40,000 nucleotides of DNA from Shewanella khirikhana (GTDB lineage: Bacteria > Pseudomonadota > Gammaproteobacteria > Enterobacterales > Shewanellaceae), in assembly GCF_003957745.1 (NCBI RefSeq), contig NZ_CP020373.1, positions 43,763-83,762 on the forward strand. Direction: 5' to 3'. The position numbers and the translations under genes are program-made. The notes below the pieces were generated by a model, which saw only the letters and a list, made by a program, of their open reading frames with translations, was not told the origin of the DNA and ran no database searches. Of this stretch, positions 10,258 through 21,479 are shown one piece after another. Within the stretch, counting starts at the first letter, position 1, and each line of letters begins with the position of its first letter.

Positions 10258-10299
10258 TCCACTCCAATTGTGAAATTTCAGTCTAACGCAAATATTTAA

Positions 10300-11949
<1,650 letters not shown>

Positions 11950-12005
11950 TCTGCCCCGCCGCAGATTGATCAAGGCGGTTGCCTTGGTCTCTCTGAGACC
12001 ACAAC

Positions 12006-12040
12006 AAAACCCCGGACTTGTTCCGGGGTTTTGTTTATTC
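12006..12040 (+). terminator. groEL rho-independent terminator (hairpin family copy 1)
   Basis: aaaaccccgga / tccggggtttt stem with loop cttgt, followed by ttgtttatt. Near-identical hairpins recur at 16801-16826 and 28312-28337. Confidence 0.85.
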
Positions 12041-12047
12041 CAAGAAA

Positions 12048-12475
12048 GGAAAAGGCCCGCGTATCGAACGCGGGCCTTTTCCATTTCAGTGGATTCTGCC
12101 GAGGGTGGGGGAGTGGTTTGGGGTAGTCATGGCTGCCGGTTTTGGGGGAGATATGAGGGCGTTGCGTGCCGCAGGCTCAGATAAATTGAGAGTCGCTTGC
12201 AGCGGCTTAACGTCGTGGAGCTTCGCCCCACACCCGAGGAAAGGGGGCAGTATCGACTTGCCCCCTTGTCCAATCCCCTAGCGACCCGCAACGAAGCGGA
12301 CAGCCCCTTGGGCGTTTTTGAGCCCATTGGCTACACGAGAGACTCGCATCCTGCTCGACCCTCGAGCTTCGACGTCCTGTCTCAGCTACGCCATGTGCTC
12401 AAACGCCCTGCGGCCGCTTCGGGCGGGAATGGTGTATTCATCGGCATAAGTGTTTTGGGTGTCCTGAGTTTTTTA
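12048..12475. repeat. Composite non-coding repeat block (copy 1, forward orientation)
   Basis: It starts with the hairpin ggaaaaggcccgcgtatcgaacgcgggccttttccatttcagtgg, which is almost identical at 20817-20883. It ends with the core cgaagcggac...ggctacacgagagactcgcatcctgctcgaccctcgagcttcgacgtcctgtctcagctacgccatgtgctcaaacgccctgcggccgcttcgggcggg...gggtgtcctgag, which is nearly identical at 20976-21153. An inverted degenerate copy lies at 15885-16330. Confidence 0.85.
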
Positions 12476-14128
12476 TTTCAGCGCTGCCGCACCGGTATCA
12501 TCAGGCACATGCATGTCAGGTACATTGATGGTGTGTTCACCTAACCACTTGTTAGAGTCCAACGGTTCGTAGCGTCCCTTCTCCTCGACCGGGAAGCGGA
12601 TCGGCTGACCGGGCTTTACCGGCAAAACCTTTCCTTTGTTGACGACTATCGTGCCATTAACGATCACAAACGGAATACCCACAGGCTGAAGCCCATTTTC
12701 GCCATTCTTGTAGGTTGCACGCGGTGCCACTTTATCCGGATCAAAGAGGGTAAGGTCAGCAATTTTGCCAACCTGTACGCGACCACGCTGTTTCATCGCC
12801 TCTAACCCTGTGTCGCCCAGATGTTTGGCTGTCCAGTAACTCAGTTGCGATAAGGTGAACATCAGCGGTACGCCATTGTCGCGGGCCATTTGCAAGGTCG
12901 TAGAATAGGACGATGCAGTGCGCGGGTGTCCTGCATATTTACTGACATCCGCGTCCCAGGGCAGTAGATTTCCATCTTTATCCACTCCTTGCATTGCATC
13001 TGATGCGACAACCATTTCAGGAATCGTCAGCCAGTACTTCATCCACTGCTTGCGCGGCGGAAAGTGCACGACGACGAAATATCCCGGTTGCTCCTTCACC
13101 AATTTAAGGTATTCGTCTTTTGACAGAAACTTGTCGGTGCCAGGGTTATAGATAGTTTCCTCATACTTATTGCCAAGGGTTTCTTCCCATAATTCCGGTC
13201 GCAGGAAGTCTGCGCTGACAAGGGTGGAACCGGCAGCAAAGGGGTAATACTCGCTCCACACATTGAAGCCTTGCTTGCGGGCCAATTGCAGTTTTTCTTC
13301 GTTCTCCCACCAGCCGTAATCGTTGTCATGCGCCATTAGCAGCGGCGCCTTCAACAACATGGCATTAACCAGCACCTCATCAAGTGAGATCGGGGCTTCG
13401 TTAGGTGTTTGCGTATTCAGGTGATAGCGGGTGTGCACGGAGGTCAGGCGACCGTAACGTGCCGCAGTACGCTGCGCCTCGAACTGCTCGTAACTCGTAA
13501 TACCACGTGCCGCATAGGCAGCCGGAACACCGATACCAATGGCACCATCTCGCAATCCATCATCGAGCAACTGCATGATCTGGTTCATCTGCGGGATCGA
13601 GCTGCGCGTTAACGACCAGCCCTGCACACCGTCTTTGGCGCTTTCGTTGATGTAGTGCCCACCGTTAGCCGCGTCAATCGGTTCATTGATAGTCACTTCT
13701 GAATCATGAACCAGCATCCGCGCCAGGTTCATACCTACCGTGGTGCCGTAGTTGACCTGCCAGCCCGCCTTTTCCTTGTTGGCATACCACTGGGCAATAC
13801 GTGTTGCACCTGCCTCTAGGTCCATGCCGGTTGTGACGCCATCGGCCACCACGAGTTTGGTCGCAAACGGATCCACTGAGTGAAAGTGGGTATCAATAAA
13901 CCCCGGCGCAACTACCAGACCTTTTGCATTGATGGTCTGTTTGCCTTTTATTTTTTCCTTGGTAATTGCCGTGATCACACCATCCTTAATCCCGACGTTC
14001 GCCACGGCATCGTAATTGGTTTCCGGGTCCATCACCCGGCCGTTATTGATGACTAGGTCGTAGTCATTAGCGAGCGCCATGGAAGGCAAGCCAAGTGAAA
14101 CCATGAGCATGGCTGTCAGCTTATTCAT
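12473..14128 (-). CDS. Secreted amidohydrolase-superfamily enzyme (D-aminoacylase / N-acyl-D-amino-acid deacylase-like)
   Basis: 551 aa with a signal peptide (MNKLTAMLMVSLGLPSMALA). It has the metal-binding HxH motif in GFIDTHFHS and a D-aminoacylase-like N-terminal beta-sandwich (YDLVINNGRVMDPETNYDAVANVGIKDGVI). A strong SD (aggagg) precedes the ATG. Confidence 0.8.
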   Translation of the reverse strand: MNKLTAMLMVSLGLPSMALANDYDLVINNGRVMDPETNYDAVANVGIKDGVITAITKEKIKGKQTINAKGLVVAPGFIDTHFHSVDPFATKLVVADGVTTGMDLEAGATRIAQWYANKEKAGWQVNYGTTVGMNLARMLVHDSEVTINEPIDAANGGHYINESAKDGVQGWSLTRSSIPQMNQIMQLLDDGLRDGAIGIGVPAAYAARGITSYEQFEAQRTAARYGRLTSVHTRYHLNTQTPNEAPISLDEVLVNAMLLKAPLLMAHDNDYGWWENEEKLQLARKQGFNVWSEYYPFAAGSTLVSADFLRPELWEETLGNKYEETIYNPGTDKFLSKDEYLKLVKEQPGYFVVVHFPPRKQWMKYWLTIPEMVVASDAMQGVDKDGNLLPWDADVSKYAGHPRTASSYSTTLQMARDNGVPLMFTLSQLSYWTAKHLGDTGLEAMKQRGRVQVGKIADLTLFDPDKVAPRATYKNGENGLQPVGIPFVIVNGTIVVNKGKVLPVKPGQPIRFPVEEKGRYEPLDSNKWLGEHTINVPDMHVPDDTGAAALK

Positions 14129-14144
14129 ATTTGAATCCTCCTGT

Positions 14145-15707
14145 TTATTTATTCGCTATCGCGCGGCGAATCGGTTTACCGGGCGCAGCATCCAGCACTA
14201 ATTGTCCATCTGTTACCACGAGCTCGCCATTCACCACCACCGTTTGCACACCCACGGCAGGCTGGTTTGGCTTTTCATAGGTTCCAACGTCACTAATGGT
14301 TTCAGGATTGAAAACCACAATGTCGGCATCCATACCTTCTTGAAGGCGTCCCTTCTTCTTCATCTGTGGCACAAAGCCCTCTATGGTCTGCGCCGGCATC
14401 AGGCTCATTTTGCGCAGAGCATCCTGCATGCTCATCAGCTTGCGCTCTCTAACGTACGAACGCAGTATTTTCGCGAATGTACCGTTTGATCGCGGATGCG
14501 AGAATAAATCTTCGGGCAGCGGCCAGTTGTCGCCAGCGTAATTTTCGACATTGCCCTTACTGTCCATAGACATCCAGAACATCTCGTCTGACTCGATCAG
14601 CACATTCGGGTGAAGGATAGATGCATCGAGAAGAGCCAGGTCATCTGGATTGCTCTCATCGAGAAAATGCCAGGTAATGAAGGTGCCAGGTTTATTTTTC
14701 TGGTAGTCACTCAGCTGCTCTTCTGTCATACGCTGGGTACCCAACTGAAAGTTTTGCGCCGTTGAGCCCATTCGTTCACGCCAGCCGTCGCCGGAAAACA
14801 TGGCAGCGCCCACCACAGTGCTGGCAGCTCCCCAGGGGTAGGCACCGACGGTAATGTTAATGTTCTTCGCGATGGCATCGTCCACCAGTTCGAGTGTGGA
14901 ATGAATGTCTTTCAGAGAGTTACTGTTGATATGACAGATATGCATGTGCGCGCCCGTGAGCGCGGCGTTGGCAATCAGTTCCTGAATCGCCTCAAAGGAA
15001 CTTTGGGGCTCCATATTGCTGGCGTAGCGGGCATGGGTGAAGGTGGCGACCCCCCGCTTCGCGGCCAGCTTTGCAAGGGCGTAATATTCTTTCTGCCCAT
15101 ACCCCGGCGCATAACCGGCGTTGATGCCAATGCCGAGGGCGCCTTCATCAAGGCCCTGCTCGACAAGCTTCATGATTTTATCTTGCTGCTCTGGTGTGGC
15201 AATGTTCATTTTCCAGTCTGCCCGCCCTTGAACGCCCTGAAAATACTCGGCTGTCGCCTCAGGTGGTTTTTCGGTGAACGTGGCTATGCGGGCATAGGTC
15301 CACGCTGCGGCTGCCCCATAGTTAAGCGGGAGCTTCTTCTTCGCCTGGCCTTCGTACCAGTCTGAGACCGGCAGAATGCCCGACTCCAGCTCGAGCATGG
15401 TCGTTACACCCTGCATAGCCTGCATGCGGTAGTCGCCGATATTCAACCCGTGGGCGTGAAGATCGATAAAGCCGGGCGCGACAATATGATCGGTGGCATC
15501 GATGATCTTTTTTCCGCTGATGCTGTTTGAGGTAATAACAGCTATTTGACCATCCTTGATGCCGACGTTGCGGACGCCATCAAATTTCGTCTCCGGATCC
15601 ATGACCCGGCCATTCTGGATGACAACATCGTAGTGCTGCGCAAATGCAATGAATGGCGTAGTTACGCTCAACGTAAACGCAAAAGCCATTTTAAGGCAGG
15701 TTCTCAT
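14145..15707 (-). CDS. Secreted amidohydrolase-superfamily enzyme (D-aminoacylase-like paralogue)
   Basis: 520 aa with a signal peptide (AFAFTLSVTTPFIAFA) and the motif GFIDLHAHG. Its N-terminus parallels the downstream paralogue (YDVVIQNGRVMDPETKFDGVRNVGIKDGQI). A 16-nt gap to the next gene indicates an operon. Confidence 0.8.
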   Translation of the reverse strand: MRTCLKMAFAFTLSVTTPFIAFAQHYDVVIQNGRVMDPETKFDGVRNVGIKDGQIAVITSNSISGKKIIDATDHIVAPGFIDLHAHGLNIGDYRMQAMQGVTTMLELESGILPVSDWYEGQAKKKLPLNYGAAAAWTYARIATFTEKPPEATAEYFQGVQGRADWKMNIATPEQQDKIMKLVEQGLDEGALGIGINAGYAPGYGQKEYYALAKLAAKRGVATFTHARYASNMEPQSSFEAIQELIANAALTGAHMHICHINSNSLKDIHSTLELVDDAIAKNINITVGAYPWGAASTVVGAAMFSGDGWRERMGSTAQNFQLGTQRMTEEQLSDYQKNKPGTFITWHFLDESNPDDLALLDASILHPNVLIESDEMFWMSMDSKGNVENYAGDNWPLPEDLFSHPRSNGTFAKILRSYVRERKLMSMQDALRKMSLMPAQTIEGFVPQMKKKGRLQEGMDADIVVFNPETISDVGTYEKPNQPAVGVQTVVVNGELVVTDGQLVLDAAPGKPIRRAIANK

Positions 15708-15884
15708 TCTCTATTTCTCCATCCTGGTGTAAGTGTATTGGTCGCGGTAGGCGTTACAGCGCCTAATGTTTATACCTGGGGGCGAACAGGTGGCGATACC
15801 GCTAGCCTGTTTGGGACCCTGTGCTGCTTTGGTGCATGCCATAATTTGATTGTTATTTTTCGTTTTAAATTTAGTACAAATCGC

Positions 15885-16150
15885 AAAAAGTCAGGACAGC
15901 CAAAACATATCACTCACAGATTGCACCGGCACTTACCCCCATCGAAGCCGCTTTGGCGGTTGGGCTGAGTGAAACGGCCAAGCCGAGATAGGGATATCGA
16001 GGCAATGACCGGTGAGCTGGGAGCGAATCGGTCATGGTGGTCGTTTTCAGCCTATAAGGCCAAAGTGCTCGACTTCGTCAGGGGTCGATGGGGATTGGAT
16101 AAGGGGGCCAGTCGAAACGGTCCCCTTTCCCCGGGTGTGGGTTGGAGACC
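15885..16150. repeat. Inverted degenerate copy of the 12230-12475 repeat segment
   Basis: aaaaagtcaggacagccaaaaca (15886-15908) is the reverse complement of ttttgggtgtcctgagttttt (12452-12473), allowing a few mismatches. ggggattggataagggggccagtcgaaacggtccccttt (16090-16128) is likewise the reverse complement of aaagggggcagtatcgacttgcccccttgtccaatcccc (12240-12278). The middle has diverged but is of similar length. Confidence 0.75.
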
Positions 16151-16860
16151 CACGACTTTCGCCAAGCGCAGCTTGGCACCCACTCTTACCGCCGAAGGAC
16201 GCAAACATCACTTTAGCGATAGCTACCGCACGGCGCGTTTCGTCTGTGAAACGTACCTTCTTCAAAAAATCATGTTAAAACAACGTCAAAGCTAACAGTT
16301 TGGCGGTGGCTAAACCTTGGTAAAGGTCAAAAAAGCACGCCCTTATCAGCAACATCAGCAGTTGCGTTTAAGTGGCAGGAATCGAGGAGGGGGTATTTGA
16401 AAGCCTTCCTTGCTGCTTAGAGCCGAAGCTAACGGCGCTGCGCATCTTCCCTGATCCACATTGTTGATTTATTAATTGCCTGACTCTTAGTGAAGAGCCT
16501 TGATTGCGACCTTCGCTTTTGCCTGCAAAGCCTATGGCTAACCTGAACTGCAACTGATTTAGCAAACCCTTAAGCTGGCTTAATAATCAGATGCTTATCA
16601 GCAGAAAGTACATCAATCAAAAAGTGGAACCAGACTACCGTATGGTGTTTTAACAGGCAAGTGTTGGCTGCGGTAAATCATGAAGCTGATAAGGAGCTGG
16701 TGCTTGCTGCTTTCTTTGCTTTTTACTTTGTTTCTTTCTTCCTTCCTTGAGATAGGGAAGCTCTGCAAACGGCTGCTATCGACTTTCGGACCGTAAAAAG
16801 AAAACCCCGGACTGTGCCGGGGTTTTGCTTGGTGTAACTGCGTGGCAAAGAGCATGCTAC
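16120..16860. repeat. Left copy of a roughly 0.7-kb direct repeat (partner at 27665-28371)
   Basis: Long colinear near-identity. cacgactttcgccaagcgca occurs at 16151 and 27698, and agctaccgcacggcgcgtttcgtctgtgaaacg and gctaacagtttggcggtgg occur in both copies. The stretch cccttaagctggcttaataatcagatgcttatcagc...gtggaaccagactaccgtatggtgttttaacaggcaagtgttggctgcggtaaatca...gaaaaccccggactgtgccggggttttgcttggtgt...gtggcaaagagcatgctac is also shared. The copies end at 16860 and 28371, with several indels. Confidence 0.9.
16801..16826 (-). terminator. Terminator-type hairpin (family copy 2)
   Basis: aaaaccccgg-actgtg-ccggggtttt. On the minus strand it is followed by ctttttac. It is identical to the hairpin downstream of the Tim44-like gene and has no gene immediately upstream, so it is probably a duplicated relic. 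Confidence 0.5.
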
Positions 16861-16942
16861 GGATAAAGCGGTCGGAGTTAATTAAACCCAATCAGGTGCT
16901 ACACATCTTCAACCTGGTCAATGCCCAAGGAATAGAAAAGAG

Positions 16943-17280
16943 TGAGGACACCCACACCTTTTCTTAAACCCGCGCCCAAAGATTTCACTTCCTTACAGCC
17001 CTATCGATGCCGCTTTGGCGGCTGGGCTGAATACCCAAGATGTCTATATCTGAGCCAGATAGTTGTCAGTTGCTTTAACCAACATTCTGAAAAAGAACAG
17101 GTGCTTATCAAGGTTTGTATAAGAGTACGGACATTCACAGCTCTCTATACGGTCGCTTCGGACGGGATGGGTGTATTCCTCGGCAAAAGTGTTGTGGGTG
17201 TCCGCACTCTTTTCGGCACTCTTTTCCTGTCTTTTCCTTCATGACGAAGGCGCCAACAATTATGGGTGTCTGAGTTATTG
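16943..17280. repeat. Palindromic pair of partial repeat-core copies (MITE-like arrangement)
   Basis: The left arm, gaggacacccacaccttt...cgatgccgctttggcggctgggc (16943-17030), is an inverted-orientation core. The right arm, ggtcgcttcggacgggatgggtgtattcctcggcaaaagtgttgtgggtgtccgc (17150-17206), is a forward core. A further partial end, ttatgggtgtctgagtt, lies at about 17261-17277. Confidence 0.6.
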
Positions 17281-17303
17281 TCATTCACCCTATCTTTCAT
17301 AAG

Positions 17304-20183
17304 TTACAGTTGATACTTCAGCTTACCCTTTAACTCAGCAACATCCGTTACCTTCAGCTGATTAGGCAGTTTGGCAAAAGGCTTATCCTGATACTTAGTG
17401 CCCCGCAGCTGCACATTAATACGGGCAGCTTTGGGGTTAAGCATGGTCTGTGCATAAAAGGCTTTGATATCATCCAGGCTCACCAGCTCAATCGCTGCAA
17501 TCAGCTTGTCTTTTGAATCGTATTGCCACTTTTCAGCGAACCAATCCCCCCTTAGTGGTTCCACTTCCTCAAGCATATTCTTGGGTGCCTCTTTCAGTCC
17601 CACCAGCACACCATTCTTGATGTCAGCAAACTCCTGCTCAGACAATGTATCCAACTTGGCCTGATACTCTTTTTTGAAGCGGTCAAACCTGTCCTGAGCC
17701 TGTGACAAGTCCATTACCGGAGACTGAATGTAGATACCCACAGCTGCGTACTCATCGATGGGGTAGTCCCGCGCGCCTACTGAATAGGCCAGCTGCTCTT
17801 CTGTCCTGAGCTGATTAAACACCTCATGACGGAAATGCGCTGCCAGCACCTTGGCCATCGCCTTTTGCTCCACACCCGGTTGGGCATGTACCGTCAAATC
17901 GGCCAGTGCGATATCTGCCACTGCGGTATCCTGCTGATAGCTGAGCACCTGTCCCGGCTGTGGCACCACCCCCACCCCTTTAACGAAATCAATCTGCTGG
18001 TGCTCAGCTCCCAGAGCATTGGTAACCTCTTTGGCCACCAGTTCAAGCTCGGCATTGTCATAGTTACCAAAGGCCAGAATACGGGGTTGGTTGTGCTTAA
18101 TTAGCCCGCTAACTCTAGTGTTAAAATCTGCCAGTGACATTTTGTCAGCCGCAGCACTCAGCGCCTTATCTTCAAACTGATGCTGTTGGGTCAATTTCTG
18201 AAGCACCGGGAATAGCTGATAGATGGCAAGCTGCTTTTGCTTGTTGGCCAATGCCCGCACATATCTGTCTTTAGCTTGCTCGAAACTGGTTTCATCCACT
18301 GTGGGTTGCAGCCTCAGCATCTCCTGGAGCAGCAGCGGCTGCTTGTCGGTAAAGCCAAAAATCTGCAAATACATGCCCTGACCGACAATGGGCGAGGCAT
18401 AAATACCTGCCGCTCTTGCCTCAGCGGTCAGCTGACTTTGCTGCAGTTCATACAGATCCTCCCACAACTCCAGCGCCACCTGGTTTTCTATCTGTTCAAT
18501 GGCGTCGCCGACATTCAGATGAACAACCAACCCCCCTTTGGGCTGCTGAGAAAATTGCTGACTGGGGTAATGCCACACGTTCACGCCGTCTTTATCCACT
18601 TTAAGCTCAGGTTTTGCCTGCTGCATCCCCTGGGTTTTCAAAGTAAAGCGCTCCGGCATCATGCGGTTAACCCGGGGCAGAGCCAACGCGGTATTTGTTC
18701 CTTGCCAGCTGTCAAACTGGCTTTGTGGGATATCCTCAATTCGGTACTCGCCAGTGTAGAAGTGTTGGCTATCAGCAACCTCTTCATCTTTACTGATATA
18801 CCAAACTCTGAGCGTTTGCGGGGTTAGCTGCTCAAGCAGCCGATTAATGGCGTCTGCATTGAACTGACCGTAATAGTAATTGGCATTAATCGCATAATTA
18901 ATTGGATAGTCCTGCATGGTGTTAGCCAGGGCGAAGGCATAGTCGAACTCTTCCACCTTGCGTAGGAAGCGGAAATCGTTATCCAGCGAGGTTTTGATCT
19001 CGTTGAAATACTTTTTATCCACACCCTGTTGCTTCACCAGTTCTATGTACTGCATCACCAACGCCAGAGCTTCATCTCTGTGTTTCATGCCCTCATCGGT
19101 CAGATCCATGGTGATACTCAGTTCGCCATAGTTGCCGTAGTTCTTAGGGCTGGAGCTGGCATAAAGCGAACTTATCCAGCCCTTCTCTTTCAGCAGCTGT
19201 TCAGGCGTGCCCGGCATTTCAGAACCCAGCAGATAAGTCACAAAGCGATTGGGTTGATACATGAACTCATGGATATTGTTGCGTATGGTGAAATCCAGCT
19301 TTAGCTGTTTCACGTCTTTATTGGGCTTGTAATACACCTTCTTGCCGCCCACATCCGCAAAGTTTATTTCAGCGGTAATGCCAGGTTTGTCTATCTGCTT
19401 GTCTTTGATTGGGGAGAAGTGTTTGCGCGCCAACTTTTCCATTTCATCCAGTGGCAGATTACTGATCAGCGCCACCTTCATAATATTGGCCGAGTAGTAC
19501 TTGTCGTAGAAGGCTACTGTTTCGGTGTGTAACTTACTGCCCTCTTTATCACCCAGCGTTTCAAGGTTACCAATCAGGAAACGGTTGGCGGGATGCTCTC
19601 CCATCATTTGCCGTGAAAGCTTGAACTGACCGAAATAATCCAGCTCACGGCGCATGGACCATTCGGCATTCAGCGCACTCTTCGCTTTCTCAGAGGATTC
19701 AGGATAAAGCTTGGGAGACTTAAAGAAATCGGAGAAGCGGTCCAGCGCTTCATCGTAGGCGTCATTCTTCACCTTGAACATGTAACTGGTGCCGGTCATC
19801 CCGGTAGAGGCATTGGACGTACCGCCATTTTGAGACAAAAACTCTTTATATTCAGCGGTACCCGGGTACTTCTCAGTGCCCAGAAACAGCAAATGCTCCA
19901 GGTAATGTGCCAACCCCTGCTGAGTCATGGGGTCTTGTAATAAACCCACTCCCACAGTCAATGCTGCAGCTGACTTATCTGTGGAAGGATCAGATACCAG
20001 AATCACTTCAAGGTTATTGTCCAGCTTCAAGGTGCGATAACCACGTTGGTCATTGGGGCTGACCGCTAACTCAGTCAGAGGAGCCAACTGCTGAACCGAG
20101 GAAGTCTGTGAACTTTGATTTGTGCTGCTGCAACCCGACGTTATTGCCAAGAACAAGGTGCTCAGTGCCAGTGTTTTTTTCAT
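17304..20183 (-). CDS. M16-family zinc peptidase (pitrilysin/insulinase-like), probable lipoprotein or secreted
   Basis: It has the inverted zinc motif HxxEH in GLAHYLEHLLFLGTEKYP and, at about 959 aa, the two-lobed M16 size. The preferred start is the ATG at 20183 (MKKTLALSTLFLAITSGCSS), which has an upstream aaaggaa SD. The ORF-track start at 20243 adds 20 unlikely residues. Confidence 0.88.
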   Translation of the reverse strand: MKKTLALSTLFLAITSGCSSTNQSSQTSSVQQLAPLTELAVSPNDQRGYRTLKLDNNLEVILVSDPSTDKSAAALTVGVGLLQDPMTQQGLAHYLEHLLFLGTEKYPGTAEYKEFLSQNGGTSNASTGMTGTSYMFKVKNDAYDEALDRFSDFFKSPKLYPESSEKAKSALNAEWSMRRELDYFGQFKLSRQMMGEHPANRFLIGNLETLGDKEGSKLHTETVAFYDKYYSANIMKVALISNLPLDEMEKLARKHFSPIKDKQIDKPGITAEINFADVGGKKVYYKPNKDVKQLKLDFTIRNNIHEFMYQPNRFVTYLLGSEMPGTPEQLLKEKGWISSLYASSSPKNYGNYGELSITMDLTDEGMKHRDEALALVMQYIELVKQQGVDKKYFNEIKTSLDNDFRFLRKVEEFDYAFALANTMQDYPINYAINANYYYGQFNADAINRLLEQLTPQTLRVWYISKDEEVADSQHFYTGEYRIEDIPQSQFDSWQGTNTALALPRVNRMMPERFTLKTQGMQQAKPELKVDKDGVNVWHYPSQQFSQQPKGGLVVHLNVGDAIEQIENQVALELWEDLYELQQSQLTAEARAAGIYASPIVGQGMYLQIFGFTDKQPLLLQEMLRLQPTVDETSFEQAKDRYVRALANKQKQLAIYQLFPVLQKLTQQHQFEDKALSAAADKMSLADFNTRVSGLIKHNQPRILAFGNYDNAELELVAKEVTNALGAEHQQIDFVKGVGVVPQPGQVLSYQQDTAVADIALADLTVHAQPGVEQKAMAKVLAAHFRHEVFNQLRTEEQLAYSVGARDYPIDEYAAVGIYIQSPVMDLSQAQDRFDRFKKEYQAKLDTLSEQEFADIKNGVLVGLKEAPKNMLEEVEPLRGDWFAEKWQYDSKDKLIAAIELVSLDDIKAFYAQTMLNPKAARINVQLRGTKYQDKPFAKLPNQLKVTDVAELKGKLKYQL

Positions 20184-20245
20184 ACTAATTCCTTTTAAAT
20201 GAATATTTAGAGTTTGTATCACGCACCACGAGGACATCCACAATT

Positions 20246-20308
20246 CTCTGCGGCCGCCTCGAGCGGGATTGGGTGCATTCCTTGGCAGAAGTGCTATGGC
20301 TGGCCTTA
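20246..20308. repeat. Partial repeat-core copy (forward)
   Basis: ctgcggccgcctcgagcgggattgggtgcattccttggcagaagtgctatggctggcc matches the core seen at 12408-12465, 21098-21153, 21398-21460 and 22940-23000. Confidence 0.75.
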
Positions 20309-20402
20309 CTTTCCCCTATGATTTCAAAGGAAAGCAGGCAAATTTTGTCTGGTAATCGGAGTAGCTTCCAAGCATATTTGAAAACACCGCTAAACGAGAA
20401 TC

Positions 20403-20786
20403 TTGCTGTCTATGCTGAAACATGTGCTTTTGATACTGCTGATATGTGGCCTTGTTATTGGGTGTGAAACACCCGATCCCCAAATGGGAGCAGTCATGGC
20501 GCAAAAGGCTCTTTGGCAAAAACGTGTCGATCAGCAGCTGAGATTTGATAACAAGCATGATGTTTTCTTGCTCTGGATAAGCAACGAATATGGTGTTGAG
20601 CCGCTTCGTTTCGAACATTACTCGAATAAGGTTCCCACCTATTTACAGTTGGAAAGTATTCCCAGCGATAGAGATGCAGGCTGTGAATATCACATAGTGC
20701 TAAGTATGAAACTCACAGATGATCTACGCATTAGCTCAACGAGCACCTCAGTTATGAAGACGTGTTCTTTTAAGCCAAAAGGGTAG
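20403..20786 (+). CDS. Small hypothetical lipoprotein
   Basis: 127 aa with a lipobox LVIGC after a hydrophobic leader (MLKHVLLILLICGLVIGCETPD). It is moderately AT-rich and is the only plus-strand gene in the accessory region. A repeat-block hairpin follows at 20817. Confidence 0.55.
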   Translation: MLSMLKHVLLILLICGLVIGCETPDPQMGAVMAQKALWQKRVDQQLRFDNKHDVFLLWISNEYGVEPLRFEHYSNKVPTYLQLESIPSDRDAGCEYHIVLSMKLTDDLRISSTSTSVMKTCSFKPKG

Positions 20787-20816
20787 AACCAGGCAGGGTT
20801 AAGCCTCTGTAGTTAA

Positions 20817-21475
20817 GGAAAAGGCCTGCGTATTGAACGCGGGCCTTTTCCATTTCAGTGGTATCTGCCGAGGGCGGGGGAGTGTGAGATTTGGCCGTTC
20901 TCGGCGGCCCAAAATCGCCGCCTCCGGGCAAGGGGCTTTGCTTGTACAAAGCCCCTTGCATCCCAAAGGACACCCGCGACGAAGCGGACGACTCCTTGTG
21001 CGTTTTTGAGCCCATTGGCTACACGAGAGACTCGCATCCTGCTCGACCCTCGAGCTTCGACGTCCTGTCTCAGCTACGCCATGTGCTCAAACGCCCTGCG
21101 GCCGCTTCGAGCGGGATTGGCGTAACCCTCGGCATAAGTGTTATGGGTGTCCTGTCTTTTTTGCGCGACGAAGCGGACGACCCCTTGGGCATCAGGTGTC
21201 CTTTTGCTCTCGCGTCAGACGCTCGGATTTACATCCATCCCGGCTCGGCGTCAGTGCCTCGCGCTCGTGAGCTTGTCACTGCGTGACACACGCCCCTGAT
21301 TGACTGGCGCTGGTAAGCATCTGCCGGACAGGAGTCCCAATGCCGTGAAGGGCAGGACGCCCGTGAACGGCCATGCCTCGCTACGCCATTTTCAGCAACG
21401 CCCTGCGGCCGCTTCGAGCGGGATTGGGAGTATTCCTCGGCAAAGGCGTTTTGGGTGTCCTAGCTTTTCGACGAG
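20817..21475. repeat. Composite repeat block (copy 2, forward) with 1.5 tandem units
   Basis: The hairpin ggaaaaggcctgcgtattgaacgcgggccttttccatttcagtgg (20817-20860) starts the block. A unit then starts at cgcgacgaagcggacgactcc (20975) and ends at gggtgtcctgtctttttt (21145-21162). A second unit restarts with the same cgcgacgaagcggacgacccc (21165) and ends at gggtgtcctagc (21453-21464). Confidence 0.85.
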
Positions 21476-21479
21476 TTTG

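Noticed and set aside
20184-20243. Upstream extension of the M16 peptidase ORF (start at 20243).
   Set aside because: The internal ATG at 20183 is preceded by an SD-like aaaggaa and begins a proper signal/lipoprotein leader (MKKTLALSTLFLAITSGC). The extension runs into a repeat-core copy.
21040-21160. Possible tRNA, tmRNA fragment or other known RNA gene within the repeat core, which could explain island targeting.
   Set aside because: I could not fold any segment into a cloverleaf, and no T-loop (GTTCRANYC) or conserved tRNA boxes were seen. I cannot run tRNAscan or Infernal, so I make no RNA gene call.
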